Assembly: GCF_028641065.1 (NCBI RefSeq)
Contig: NC_073407.1
Coordinates: 19,034,001-19,098,000 of the forward strand
From: Leucoraja erinacea
Taxonomy: Eukaryota
Length of the DNA stretch: 64,000 bases
Direction: 5' to 3'
In this document: one piece after another, positions 38,425-51,507 of the stretch
Layout: each line of letters begins with the position of its first letter
Numbering within the stretch: the stretch's first letter is position 1
The notes under the pieces: generated by a model
What the model saw: the letters and a program-made list of their open reading frames with translations, nothing else
The model's database searches: none
What the model was told of the DNA's origin: nothing
Translations under genes and position numbers: made by a program

Positions 38425-41400
38425 ACAGGACTCAAATAAGAACTGCAAGATTACTTCATTGTCAGCATGTCCAGGTCAGAAAACAGATTAACCAGAGGAT
38501 TAAAATACAGAAGGCAAAATAACAGAATAAACCTGCTTCATTGGTGGTTATAAGATACTGTCACATGCTGTTTTTTGGGCATCTGCACTACTATCTTAAT
38601 ACCTGATTCATGTCTGCAATGGTATTCCTCTGGTGCCAGTTCTGGGCATTGTGTTCCCTGGTATTAGCTGTTTAATGCCACTGTGAAACGTAAACATTTT
38701 GTTTTGTCAAAGAGAAAATCATATAAACTAAACAAAAATGTTTTTTCCAAAATTTAAGTGCTGTTTGGACTTGTCAATATATCATTCAAAAGACAATTTG
38801 AAATACCATTTGACTAAAAAATGCTTTACATTGGTGAGGATAACAAATGGACTGTTCCTACAGGTTGAAGATCTTTAATTCATGAGAAGCATGCATCTGT
38901 TCTGAAGATCATATGACCATGTTTCTAATCTTAAATATGGCTGCAAAATTGAAGTTTTGACGTTTACCACAGACAAATATACAATGAAAGAAACAGGGCA
39001 ACTTTTCACGCCTTTAGAAAAATACTTTTGAGAATAATCTTGCAGCTACAGTATATTTCAGGTAATAGATCACAAAGGGATGGATGTAATGTATATCCAA
39101 TAGCAAGCTACAAATTGCATAATCCGTAAACCTTCTGTTTGAAGTGTGGGGAAGAGAGAGAAAGACATACCCATTCCTGGATATATCAGAAATATGTTTG
39201 ATGCATCAATTTCTTGTATAAAATGACCAATTTATCAATAATTATGGAAATCCAAGGACCATTTTTAAACCTGGCATTTCAGTTTTCTGGAGTGCTCTCT
39301 GCACAGTGGTGAGCTTTTCAAACATTAATTTCTCATGATATGGGTTGGCATCTATTATTAATCCCGAGGTTACCTTTGAAAAGGTGATAGACCTCTGCCA
39401 TAAACACGTATTCTACTGTGGTGCAGTCAGTAGGACAATTCCAGGACCTTAGTAGTGTGAAATCGAATGAGTGGAAGAAAATATCTAAGATGCAATAGTG
39501 TATTACCTGTATCATCTGCTGTTGATCGTGTCCCATGTAGTCCAAAGCTCTTAGAGTTTTAGGAGATGGAGGCATCGGGTTTCAACGCGCTGCTGAAGAA
39601 GTCTTGTTACAATGGAACCTGAGAACAATACATACCTCTTTCAGAGCGGACCGGGAGTGAATGGACTACTGGTCAAACATGCTGCTTCATCCTGAATGGT
39701 GTTTCTCTCCATGCTGTGTATGAAGTAAAATCAGAGCCTGACTCTGCTTTATTATGTGGAACTGCAACAGCAGAGTGGTAATTGTTTTGCAAAGTAATCG
39801 TGGGAGTATTACTAGTAACTTGGTTTAATCTTACAGTGTTTTAGAAATAACTTGAATTGCGGGAGAGTTATGCTGAAAATGTTTTTTGTTGATCACAAAC
39901 ACGTTTTGCATCATAAATTGACATAATGGAAACAGATATACAGGAATCATATTACTAAATTTAAATCTGCCTGCATTTAGTCTTTTTTTACAGCTGATTG
40001 AAGAAGCCTTAAATCCAGTTGCAGTATTTTAAATATTTTATGCACTTAAAGAAGAAAAATAAAATCATTTCAAAATTAAGGACAAGGATGTTCATTTTGT
40101 TGTAAAATTAGAGTTTTTTTTCATGTTGTATCAATTAGAAAAATTTAATGAAACATCTGAATTTTAAATGGAAAATATTCTCTGTGGAATCTGTTTTCAT
40201 TGAAGTTCAGCAACACAACTTTCTTTGTCCAGATCAACAGGAACTTACATGAGCCCATCTCTGTGGGATATGCTGAACCACTCTTAGTTTGGCTCACTCT
40301 CTTCACTCTTCCTGTTACATAAATTCCATCAGCTTTCTTGATTACGTTTGTTATCATCCATGAGATTTTAGTGATCCATCTCTGTGACCATGACTTTTTC
40401 CCCATCTCTATGGTTTTTAGTTTTTGACCATTTAGAATGTACGTCACCTCATTTAGGTCCCGTCTTACTGTATTGAACGTTGTGGTTTATTTATCTAGCA
40501 GTTTTCCACCCTTTGCCCTGCAACTGCAACACACCCGCTTTATTAATGTCGAGATTAAATCCCGTCATCCAAGCCCCAATTTTGTTGCGATAAGTTAACA
40601 GGCCGGACTGCTTATTGAACGTTGGTTTCTTTGTTTTTAAACACTTCTGAACTTTTTTTATGCAATGCGTTTCCATTTACCTTGTAGTTATTCATATGTC
40701 ACTTATGGTGTTAACCCTGGCATTTAGTAAATCATCAGAGAACTTTGTGATACATTCACATCTCAGCGGGGCCAACAACTCGGCTATTCCTTGCGTGAGC
40801 TTTTAAAATATTTGTTTATTCTTAATATATTTTCTCCCTGGAGATTCGTTGCTGTGTATGGTTGCAAATTGCTACAAGTTTACTGTAAATGTGGAAAGTG
40901 TTAATACCTGTTGTGGTTGAAGCTGTTTTATTTACTTCAGTTATAGCGTGCTGCAGCTGGTTTGATTAAGATCAGTATGTTATGGAAATTTATTATTAGA
41001 AGTATTGGACTCAATTATAGCCTTGGTTCTATTGTTTCACTGGAGAGTGGGTTTGCTGTAAACTTTTCTGATTGCTGAGATAAGTGACATGCACTCGCAT
41101 GAGACAATGGAAATGTCTTATTAGTTTGGGTAACATGTATATTGAAATTGTTCAAACTTGGGCTAAACCATACTAAGGACAATGTGCATGTCTTGTCTTT
41201 ATAATGTGAGCAGCAATTGTTACCAGAATCAAGGACATATAACTAATTGAAAAGATTGGAAAATTGTGGTTGAGTTGTGGGATAATGGGTTTGAGACCTT
41301 TGATCATGATATGGTAGTTATAAAGGGGAGATCAAAACTGGTGACTATAAGATTAGGATAATGCAGGGTTACTTAATTATGCATAGAATAATGGGAAATC

Positions 41401-43296
41401 AGAACTCGCTGGAACAGGACTCAACAAAATATTGGGGTGATTAGCAAAACTGGCAGTAATGGTTAATTAGATAAGTACGAAAGGAAAAAAGCAATAGAGG
41501 AACAAGTTAATAGTGAGTTTAAGCGTTAAGAGGATATTATACATCAGCATAGAACATTTGGATTGAATTGTTTGTTTCAGTTTGTATTTTATAATTTCAC
41601 CCTGTCAGATTACCTGAAGTCACAGTAATGGCATGGCTCTAATTCTGCATTTGGATGTGCTGAACTGGGCTTGCACTGTGAAGTGCCAGAAAATAAAGTA
41701 TTTTTAGTTTTGATGTTTCTTCTGTCTTTATTTTTCCAGTGTCTTTCTCTTCGAATGTGAAACATTGTCATAAACACAATTTGTCACAGATCTTGTATGA
41801 TCAAAGTTTGGAATGATCACCCAGGTGAAATTCTAAATTCAATTTCAAGGATTATCATGTTCGACATTAATCCTTGTTTAGCACCAGCTTGTTTATTACA
41901 AACACCCAAAACCAAAAGATGAACCTGTATATGGTGGAGTCTCTCAGGACGAAAGGTAATCCCTAGCTCTGTTATAATTTAATTTTCATGCTGGAAAAGA
42001 CAGCATTTATTTTGTGCTGCATTCAAGTGTGACTACTTTATGATTGTAGTTTGTGTAGAGATGCTCCAATAATGATAATCGGTAGGGAATTTCAAGATTT
42101 TAACTCGGTAAAAACGGCATCTGCCCAGACTTCCAAAAACATTCAATGGCTGTTATATGCCATTTTATCAAAATTATATTCTGTTTGTCCTCGGACTGCC
42201 GCTCTCACCCAATGATACCAAGATTCCTTTGGGTCTGATATATATTGACCCTTACAGCAAGTTGCACACACCAAGTTCAGACTTTTCTCTGATCCACATC
42301 CCATTATTAACCACCTTGCCAATTTGTCATTCCTCAGGGGGAAAAGCCACAAAATAGAGAGAAATTCAATGAAAGGATGACTAATTTTACCAATGATTTA
42401 CATGAATCATTTTTAGAGTTGTGGTGAAAATGTAAGAAATTTCAAAAGAGACTGGAAGTAGGAAATATAATATATTTTAAATTATTGTCTGGTTCTCAAA
42501 TATTTAAGGCTATAAACGGAATACTATCTTGCAAAGTACACATGTCATCTCCTAGCAACCTTATGTGAGTTATTAATATTTAATAGTTTTGCTGATGCTA
42601 TTGTGGCTTAGCTTTGCCAAAACATAGACAGCCGATGATCAGTGTAAAATACATCCTGCATGCTTATTGACGTTGAGAAGGAAGGAGACTTCATTCTTAA
42701 ACAATGTTCAACCAAGAAAACAGGTTCCCTTGCTGCCATTAAGGAGATTATCATGCTCTGTGACTCGGAGAAGGGAACAGTTTTTTCGCTTTGGATAGTA
42801 GACTTTCTTTCAGAGAGATCACCCTGATGGAAAGCAGAGAGATTTGAAGTCAACATTTTTTTTTCTGGATCAATATGAAGAGGGACAGTGTTACCACATC
42901 AACAGAAACCGAATGCAGCAATGAAGAAATGTGGATGTTACTGATAACAGCCCTAGCAAGCTGGGAGATGGTCTAGCACTTATTGAGAGGTTTGGATATA
43001 CTTGCATATGACAAACTGAAGCAATGGAAAAGATTCTTGTCTTCATGTTTCTATGTTACATTCAAGGTGTTAGTCAAACACAGAATGTGATTCCTGCCAT
43101 GTCAAGCATTCAGAAGGAAATTTAGAAGGAAGGATGTCTGAAGAAGGGTCCCGCATGTCACCCATCCTTTTCCTCCAGAGATGCTGCCTGACCCTCTGAG
43201 TTGCTCCAGCACATTGTGTCTAACCCAGGTGTAAAAAAACTTGCCCTGCACACCTCCTTTGGGGAGAGCATTTAGCCCATGTTATCCGTGCCACGT

Positions 43297-43406
43297 CGAT
43301 CGCGTAGGCCAAGGCTGACTGAGCACAAGTGTTCAGCGAAACTATCACCCAGTTTACACTTGGTCTCGCTGATGTATAGGAGCCTACACCGAGAACAACC
43401 GATACA
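43297..43406 (-). mobile_element. Penelope-like GIY-YIG endonuclease fragment
   Basis: Minus strand translates as CIGCSRCRLLYISETKCKLGDSFAEHL, matching the PLE CxxC...YIGET...R..EH pattern in degraded form. Confidence 0.7.
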
Positions 43407-43705
43407 GTTCACAGCTTAAGGATAAGGGGGAAATCCTTTAAAACCGAGATGAGAAGAACCTTTTTCACACAAAGAGTGGTGAATCTCTGGAACTCTCTGC
43501 CGCAGAGGGTAGTCGAGGCACAGTTCATTGGCTATATTTAAGAGGGAGTTAGATGTGGCCCTTGTGGCCAAGGGGATCAGGGGGTATGGAGAGAAGGCAG
43601 GTACGGGGGATACTGAGTTGGATGATCAGCCATGATCATATTGAATGGCGGTGCAGGCTCGAAGGGCCGAATGGCCTACTCCTGCACCTAATTTCTATGT
43701 TTCAT
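43407..43705 (+). mobile_element. CR1 3' fragment (same subfamily as 6830-9981)
   Basis: Closely matches 9687-9981. Confidence 0.88.
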
Positions 43706-43859
43706 AGTATCACCAAAACCGAGAAGTTCAAAAGATAAATTCGAGATTACCGATTATGTGATGTGTTAATTGGTGCTGTTCAAGGCTGGTTTCTACCATC
43801 AGATTTCACTGATTGAATTGCACTCTACCAAAATCCTTAACTTCCACTTCAATCCAAGT

Positions 43860-44490
43860 ATGTATATTTTTGTCACGTGTGCGTAGGTGCAGTGAAAGCT
43901 TTGTTTTGCATGCTACCCAAACAGACCAGATAATACTATACATAAATACAATTATGTCAAACCCATATCCAATAGGTAGAGCAAAGGTGAAGATACTGTG
44001 CAGAATATAGTTCACAGCATTGTAGCGCAGTAGTTCCATAGACAAAGTCAAATGTCTGCAATGGATTAGAGGTGAATTAGACAGCACTCTAACTTTTGGA
44101 AGAATCTTTCAGAAGCATGATAAAAGGGAAAGAAGCTGTTCCTGAGTGGTGGTGCACGGTTTAAAGCATCTGTACCTTCTGCCGGATGGCAGCAGAGAGA
44201 ACAAGGGAATGTTTGGGGTGGTACAAGTCTTTGATTTGGGTTGCTGCTTTTCTGAGGCTGTGTGAAGTATAGATGGAGTCAATGGTGGAGGGTCTGGTCT
44301 GATTGGACTGGTCTGCATCTCCAACTCTGCAGTGTCTTGCAGTTTTTGATCAGAGCTATTCCAAAACCAAGTTGTGATGCACCCCAATAGTATGCATTCT
44401 ATGTGGCATCTAGACGTTTGTAAGAGGTATTGGAGGCATACCACATTTTCTCAGACCTAAGGAAGAAGAGGAGTAGGTGTGTCTTCATGG
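43860..44490 (-). mobile_element. Degenerate Rex1-like LINE 3' end
   Basis: RCHIECILLGCITTWF and LFSLLPSGRRYR remnants, typical of the Rex1 ORF C-terminus. Confidence 0.65.
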
Positions 44491-45083
44491 CTGTTACGTC
44501 AAGTACAATTTTTTGCTCTGCATATACTTCATACTACTACTTCCATTGGAATAGGAGCCAATGTTGTTTCAATGAGTGTAGATAGGCATGTTAGGACCAG
44601 AGATAAACAAAAAATCAAAATGCTAGCCTGATTTAACATTAACAGGACCACATGTGCCTGACGGCAAATTTAGCATGTAATAGAATAAAAATCAAGCAAT
44701 TGCATTATAACCCTTTTGTCTATTACATTAAGTATGAATGTTAGTGGACAATTAAACAGCTGACAGAAGAGAGAAACTCCAAGCACATTCTCATAGGTAG
44801 AAAAAAATGCTGGAGAAACTCAGCGGGTGAGGCAGCATCTATGAAGTGAAGGAATAGGTGACGTCGAGACCCTTCTTCAAAGTCTCATTCTCATCCTCGT
44901 CGTCAATAAAGACAGCAAAAAGTTATACAAAGAGTGTAGTAATGTGATGGAATATTCTGTATTTTGAATGCAATTGATGAATAACAGTTAATTATATTTT
45001 ATTTTTCAATAATGTGTCATGGGATTTAGGTCATGCTTATCCAAACAGAAACTTTAGTAATGGGCCCAAGATTACCACTCACT

Positions 45084-45380
45084 TTAGTTTAGTTTAGAGA
45101 TATAGCGTGGAAACAGGCCCTTCAGCCCACCGGGTCCATGCACACCAACACTATCCGACACACAGGGACAATTTACATTTATACCAAGCCAATTAACCTA
45201 CAAACCTGTGCGTCTTTGGAGTGTGGGAGGAAACCAAAGATCTCGGAGAAAACTCACTCGGTCACGGGGAGAACGTACAAACTCAGTGCAGCCAGCACCC
45301 GTAGTCAGGATCGAACCCGAGTCCCCGGAGCTGCAAGCATGTAAGGCAGAAACTCTACCGCTGCTCCATCGTGGTCTCCC
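45084..45380 (-). mobile_element. HE1-type V-SINE
   Basis: Antisense gggttcgatcctgactacgggtgct head and (ctaaa)n tail. Confidence 0.85.
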
Positions 45381-47159
45381 TGTTTTTAATTGTCTTTAAC
45401 TATCCTGGCAATTTCTCCAGTATGTGACCAGGCTACAATAGGCAGCACCATGAAAAATTATCATTCTTTCAGAAACCATTTGTTTATTTACTCAATGACA
45501 TCAAAGCTAACAGTGGCAAATGAAACCACTTGGTCCGTGCCAATGTTTACGTTTCACATCAGCTCATATTTCATAATATAACTCCTATCCTTTCCCTCAA
45601 CATTAAGATGTATATTGAGCTTCCTCTTACATATTTTTGTAAATTGCCTCATAGAGTGATACAATGTGGAAACAGGCCCTTCGGCCCTACTTGCCCACAC
45701 TGGCCAACATATCCCAGCTATACTAGTCCCACCTGCCAGCATTTGATCCATATCCCTCCAAACCTGTCCTATCCATGTACCTGTCTAACTGCTTCTTAAA
45801 TGTTGGGATAGTCCCTGCCTCAACTATCTCCTCTGGCAGCTTGTTCCATATATCCACTACCCTTTATGTGAAAAAGTTACCCCTCAGATTCCTATTAAAT
45901 CTTAAACCTATGTCCTCTGGTCCCCAATTCACCGACTCTGGGCAAGAGACTCTGTGCCTCAATCCAGTTTACATTATGCATATTTAGTACAGTTGAAACT
46001 GACCGACTGGCATGTGTGCTACTATCCAGCAGTGTCATCGGTTGCTGTGGCTGGGTTGTTTCATGCTGCTTGCGTTCAGTCCCTAGTAAGGCAGTTCTCG
46101 GCACAGCAGAAATTCTGGGTTCTCTTCATACAGGAAGACCATTGTCCATTCCTGGCAGCCTTGAAATCATTTCCTTGATAACCAGCTATTGCTCCTGGAA
46201 TGTTGAGTGCTGAGATTAGTCCTTCTGAAAACGGAGACAAAACAACATATCGACAGTTTTAAAAGAGTGATGGTGAGAGTTAAAGGCATGCATGTTCCTG
46301 GTAGAGTAAGGAATCCTAGATAAAGAGAGAAATTGAGGCCCTGGTCAGGAAAAGAGGCAGGTAGGCAGCAGGGATCAAGTGTATCCCTGGAGGAGTTGAG
46401 AGGACTGAGGGACTAAGAAGAAAATCAGGAGGGCATAAAGGGGGCAGGAGATAATTCTGACTGATGAAATTAAGGAGAAGCCGAAGATATTTTATGTACA
46501 TTAAGGGAAATAGGATAACTAGAGAGAGAATAGGACCTCTCAGAAACCAAAGCAGTCATCTGTGGAGCTGCAGGAGATGGAAAAGGTCCTCAATGAGTAT
46601 TTCTCCTGTTTTTACCTTGGAGGAGCCAGTACACCACCGATTTTCCAGCACACTTGTTTCCAGGATTGCCGGTATATCCATTTTGCCAGACCAACAGACG
46701 TCACGTAAAAATAATTTGGCAAGTACAGGTACAGCAGTATCTGCAGCTCCTTGTATCTCTGTTTGATTTGGCGCTTGGTTACCGGCCCAAACCCTAACAA
46801 GTAAGTGTTGCATTCGGGTATCATTTAGAAACAACTCCAGTTGCAAATTGAATTCAATTTCTGAGAGACTCTTCAAGCACTAGTTTACTGGCAAAATACA
46901 AAAGCATCCTGCTGCCTTGATTTGAGCTCAGTGCGCTCGGCACAACCCAAAGACCTGTAGACAACGAGGAGACGAGGACGCAGCACCGGGACTTAGCCAC
47001 AGGTTTCTGGATCTAGTTGGTGACCACAGTGGCATGTGGAGAGATAAGCCTACAGTGGTAAATTTTATCTTAGATACTGCCAGTGGTCTTGTCTCATTCA
47101 TTCTCTGCAAACGGGACAGTCTGATGCCTGACAGGCACTAAATCACCATTGACCATTTT

Positions 47160-47635
47160 TACGAGGATATTGCCAGGACTAGAGGGTGTGAGCTATAGGG
47201 AGAGGTTGAGTAGGCCGAATCCCTATTCAATGGAGCGTAGGAGGATGAGGGGAGATCTTATAGAGGTATACAAAATCATGAGAGGAATAGATTGGGTAGA
47301 TACACACAGATGCACAGTCTTTTATCCAGAGTAGAGGAATCGAGGACCAGAGGACATAGGTTCAAGGTGAAGGGGGAAAGATTTAATAGGAATCCGAGGG
47401 TAACCTTTTCACAGAGAGGGTGGTGGGTGTATTGAACAAGCTGCCAGAGGAGGTAGTTGAGGCTGGGACTATCCCATCGTTTAAGAAACAGTTGGACAGG
47501 TACATGGATAGGACAGGTTTGGAGGGTTATGGACCAAGCGTAGGCAAATGGGGACTAGGGTAGCTGGGACATTGTTCGCCGGTGTGGATGAGTTGGGCTG
47601 AAGGGCCTGTTTCCACACTGTATCACACTATGACA
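47160..47635 (+). mobile_element. CR1 3' fragment
   Basis: ERRRMRGDLIEVYKIMRG-type C-terminal ORF2 remnant and gaagggcctgtttcc 3' UTR. Confidence 0.85.
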
Positions 47636-47864
47636 ATCATTCAAGATTAAAATACTGAATAGTAATTACGGATCTGCACTTTAGCAGCTGGGATCAATCC
47701 TAGGTAAAAGCCCCCTTGGTTAAATCGTTAGACATGGGTGTGGTGGCAGATGATTGGTGGGTGGCTAATGTTCTAAACACCAATACTCGTGCTATTTAAC
47801 AATATTCCACTATTCAAATTTTTGCAACAAAATGGACAATGTTACATTTTTTCCACATAATCCA

Positions 47865-49656
47865 TATATAACGAGGGATAAAATTGGTCCATTAGAGAGA
47901 GAGAGTGGACAGTTATCTGCAGAGCCAAAAGAGATGGGGGAGATATTGAACAATGTATTTTCTTCGGTATTCACCAAGGAGAAGGATATTGAATTATGTG
48001 AGGTAAGGGAAACAAGTAGAGTAGCTATGGATACTATGCGATTCAAAGAAAAAGAAGTACTGACACTTATGAAAAATATAAAAGTGGATAAGTCTCCAGG
48101 TCCTGACAGGATATTCCCTAGGACATTGAGGGAAGTTAGTGTAGAAATAGCAGGGGCTATGACATAAATATTTCAAATGTCATTAGAAACGGGAATAGTG
48201 CCCGAGGATTGGCATACTGCGCATGTTCCATTGTTTAAAAAGGGTTCTAAGAGTAAACCTAGCAATTATAGACCTGTTAGTTTGACTTCAGCAGTGGGCA
48301 AATTAATGGAAAAGATACTTAGAGATAATATATATAAGCATCTGGATAAACAGGGTCTGATTAGGAACAGTCAACATGGATTTGTGCCTGGAAGGTCATG
48401 TTTGACTAATCTTGAATTTTTTGAAGAGGTTACTAGGGAAATTGACGAGGGTAAAGCAGTGGATGTTGTCTATATGGACTTTATTAAGGCCTTTGACAAG
48501 GTTCCTCATGGAAGGTTGGTTAAGAAGGTTCAATTGTTGGGTATTAATGCAGGAGTAGCAAGATGGATTCAACAGTGGCTGAATGGGAGATGCCAGAGAG
48601 TAATGGTGGATGGTTGTTTGTCAGGTTGGAGGCAGGTGACTAGTGGGGTGCCTCAGGGATCTGTGTTGGGTCCACTGTTGTTTGTCATGTACATCAATAA
48701 TCTGGATGATGGTGTGGTAAATTGGATTAGTAAGTATGCAGATGATACTAAGATAGATGGTGTTGTGGATAATGAAGTAGATTTCCAAAGTCTACAGAGA
48801 GATTTAGGCCATTTGGAAGAATGGGCTGAAAGATGGCAGATGGAGTTTAATGCTAATAAGTGTGAGGTGCTACATCTTGGCAGGCAAATCAAAATAGGAC
48901 GTACATGGTAAATGGTAGCGAATTGAGGAATGCAGTTGAACAGAGGAATCTAGGAATAACTGCATAGTTCCCTGAAGGTGGAATCTCATGTAGATAGGGT
49001 GATAAAGAAAGCTTTTGGTATGCTAGCCTTTATAAATCAGAGCATTGAGTATAGAAGTTGGGATGTAATGTTAAAATTGTACAAGGCATTGGTGAGACCA
49101 ATTCTGGAGTATGGTGTACAATTTTGGTCGCCCAATTAAATGAAGGATGTCAACAAAATAGAGAGAGTACAGAGGAGATTTACGAGAATGTTGCCTGGGT
49201 TTCAGCAACTAAGTTACAGAGAAAGGTTGAATAAGGTCTTTATTCTTTGGAGCGCAGAAGGTTAAGGGGGGACTTGATAGAGGTCTTTAAAATGATGAGA
49301 GGGATAGACAGAGTTGACGTGGATAAGCTTTTCCCATTGAGAGTAGGGAAGATTCAAACACGAGGACATGACTTGAGAATTAAGGGACAGAAGTTTAGGG
49401 GTAACATGAGGGGGAACTTCTTTACTCAGAGAGTGGTAGCTGTGTGGAATGAGCTTCCAGTGGAAGTGGTGGAGGCAGGTTCGATTTTATCATTTAAAAA
49501 TAAATTGGATAGGTATATGGATGGGAAAGGAATGGAGGGTTATGGTCTGAGTGCAGGTAGATGGGACTAGGGGAAAATAAGTGTTCGGCACGGACTTGTA
49601 GGGCCAAGATGGCCTGTTTCCGTGCTGTAATTGTTATATGGTTGTATGGTTATATG
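47865..49656 (+). mobile_element. 5'-truncated CR1 LINE (disrupted RT plus 3' UTR), second subfamily
   Basis: KSPGPD, NYRPVSLTS, GVPQGSVLGP and YADD motifs split by stops and frameshifts; (ttatatgg)n tail. Confidence 0.93.
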
Positions 49657-51088
49657 CTATGTTCTAGCCCATTCACTTAAACTGTCTATATCCCATTGAA
49701 GACACAAGAGACTGCCGGTGCTGGAGTGTTGAGCATAAAACTAAGTACTGGCGAATCTCTGCAGGTCTGGTAGCATCTGTGGAGGGAAATGGAGAAGAGA
49801 CGTTTCGCATCTGAAAAAGGGGCCTGACCCGAAACATCGACTGTCTATTCCATCCACAGATGCTGCCTGATCCACTGAGTTCCTCCAGTACTTGTTTTTT
49901 TTTTTTGTGTATCCCCTGAAGTCTTCTGGCATCCTTCTCAGAGCCCACACTGCCACCCAGCTTTGCATCATTAGCCATCATGGATACATTACTCTTGATA
50001 TCTTCCTCTAAATTCTTGATGTACATGGTGAACAGCTGGTGCTCCCTTGGGGCTCCCAAACTAAATATAACCCATTTACAGTATTCCCACTCTATTTTCT
50101 CAATTCCCAATTCATGCCATATGTTGCCCCCAATGTTGTGTGCTTTAATATTGTTAAATAACTTCTTTCACAACACCTACTTGAAGACCTTCTGAAAGTG
50201 CAAACATAACACACTATTAGTTCATCTTAAAGCAGCATTTCAATCTCAAAAAATATTTTTGTGAAACATAATCTTCCTTTTAAAAAAAATATCTTAACTC
50301 TGCCCAAATCCAGTTATTTTCCAAGTGCTATATTATCACATCCTCAATAATGAATTCCAGCATTTTCCCTATCACTGATGTTGCACTATTCTCCGTCACT
50401 GACAGCAGTGGATGCTCATTCCATGAGTTCGTTGAAGACTGAGATTTGAAGATGAGATTGATGGATTTTTAGAATGCAGGGGATGTGAAGACAAGGTTGA
50501 GGAACAAGATCTGCCCTGACCTTGAATGATGAAGTAGGTTCAAAGAATGTTATGACCAGCATCTATTTGTATTTCTTAGACTTTCTTATGTTTTAATTGT
50601 TGATCATTTTCCAGAGATGTGTTATAGTAAAAATATTATTGCATTTGAATAAGTATTTGGGATAGCAGTCTCTTTTTTTTTTTTAAACTACTTTTGATGA
50701 AAGATTATTTGGCTTTCATGTATGACATTAATCATCCCACCTCCCCCTGCCTGCTACCCCCCACCTTATTCCCTCAAAATATCACAGTCATTCCTGCAGA
50801 TGCAAGTGACAGAAATATTGTATGCTGTCACAGTCATGCAAGTGCATTTTTCTTTCACCCATTGATTTGACCCGGCACAGATAGACAAAGATTTTATGAC
50901 CTTTCATCGTTCTTGGGTGAACTATAGGCAAAGCTAGGGATTAAGTAATGTGAAAATGAAGTTGAGACTAAATAGTACATCAGCTGTGATTTTACTGATT
51001 GGCAGAGCAAGCTTGATGATCTATTTCCCCCTGTATAATATCACTGTATCCCTAAGTTCTTTGGCACCAGTACATTACAACACCATTT

Positions 51089-51447
51089 GGGCAGCACAGC
51101 AGTGCAATTTGTAGAGCCGTAGCTTCCCAGTGCCAGAGACCCAGGTTCAATCCTGACCTCGGGTGCTGTGTGTGTGGAATTGTCACATTCTTCCTGTGAT
51201 CGTGTGTGTTTCCAAACACATCACAAAGACGTGCGAGTTTGTAGGTTAATTGGCCTCTGTAAATTGCTCCCTGTGTGTTGCTGGCTGGTGGAATCTGGGG
51301 GGAATTTATAACAATATGGAGAGCATAAAGTTGGATTAGATTACTTTTGGATTAGTGTAAATGGGTGGTAGGTGGTCAGTGGGGACTCGGGGGGGGGGGG
51401 GGGGGGGGGGGGGCAAATTGCCTGTTTCCATGCTGTGTTTATCTCTG
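51089..51447 (+). mobile_element. HE1-type tRNA-derived V-SINE
   Basis: tRNA-like head with B-box ggttcaatcc, central domain gtaggttaattggc, and CR1-like tail cctgtttccatgctgt. Confidence 0.8.
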
Positions 51448-51507
51448 TTCGTGTTCAACCTGTATGACTGTCTTTATATACCTGTAAAAACATCCCCTAT
51501 ACTGTTC

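Noticed and set aside
42600-43050. Non-repetitive-looking stretch tested as possible exons of a downstream gene
   Set aside because: No convincing splice-bounded frame or recognisable protein similarity.
51089-51170. tRNA-like sequence
   Set aside because: It is the degenerate head of an HE1-type SINE, not a cloverleaf tRNA gene.
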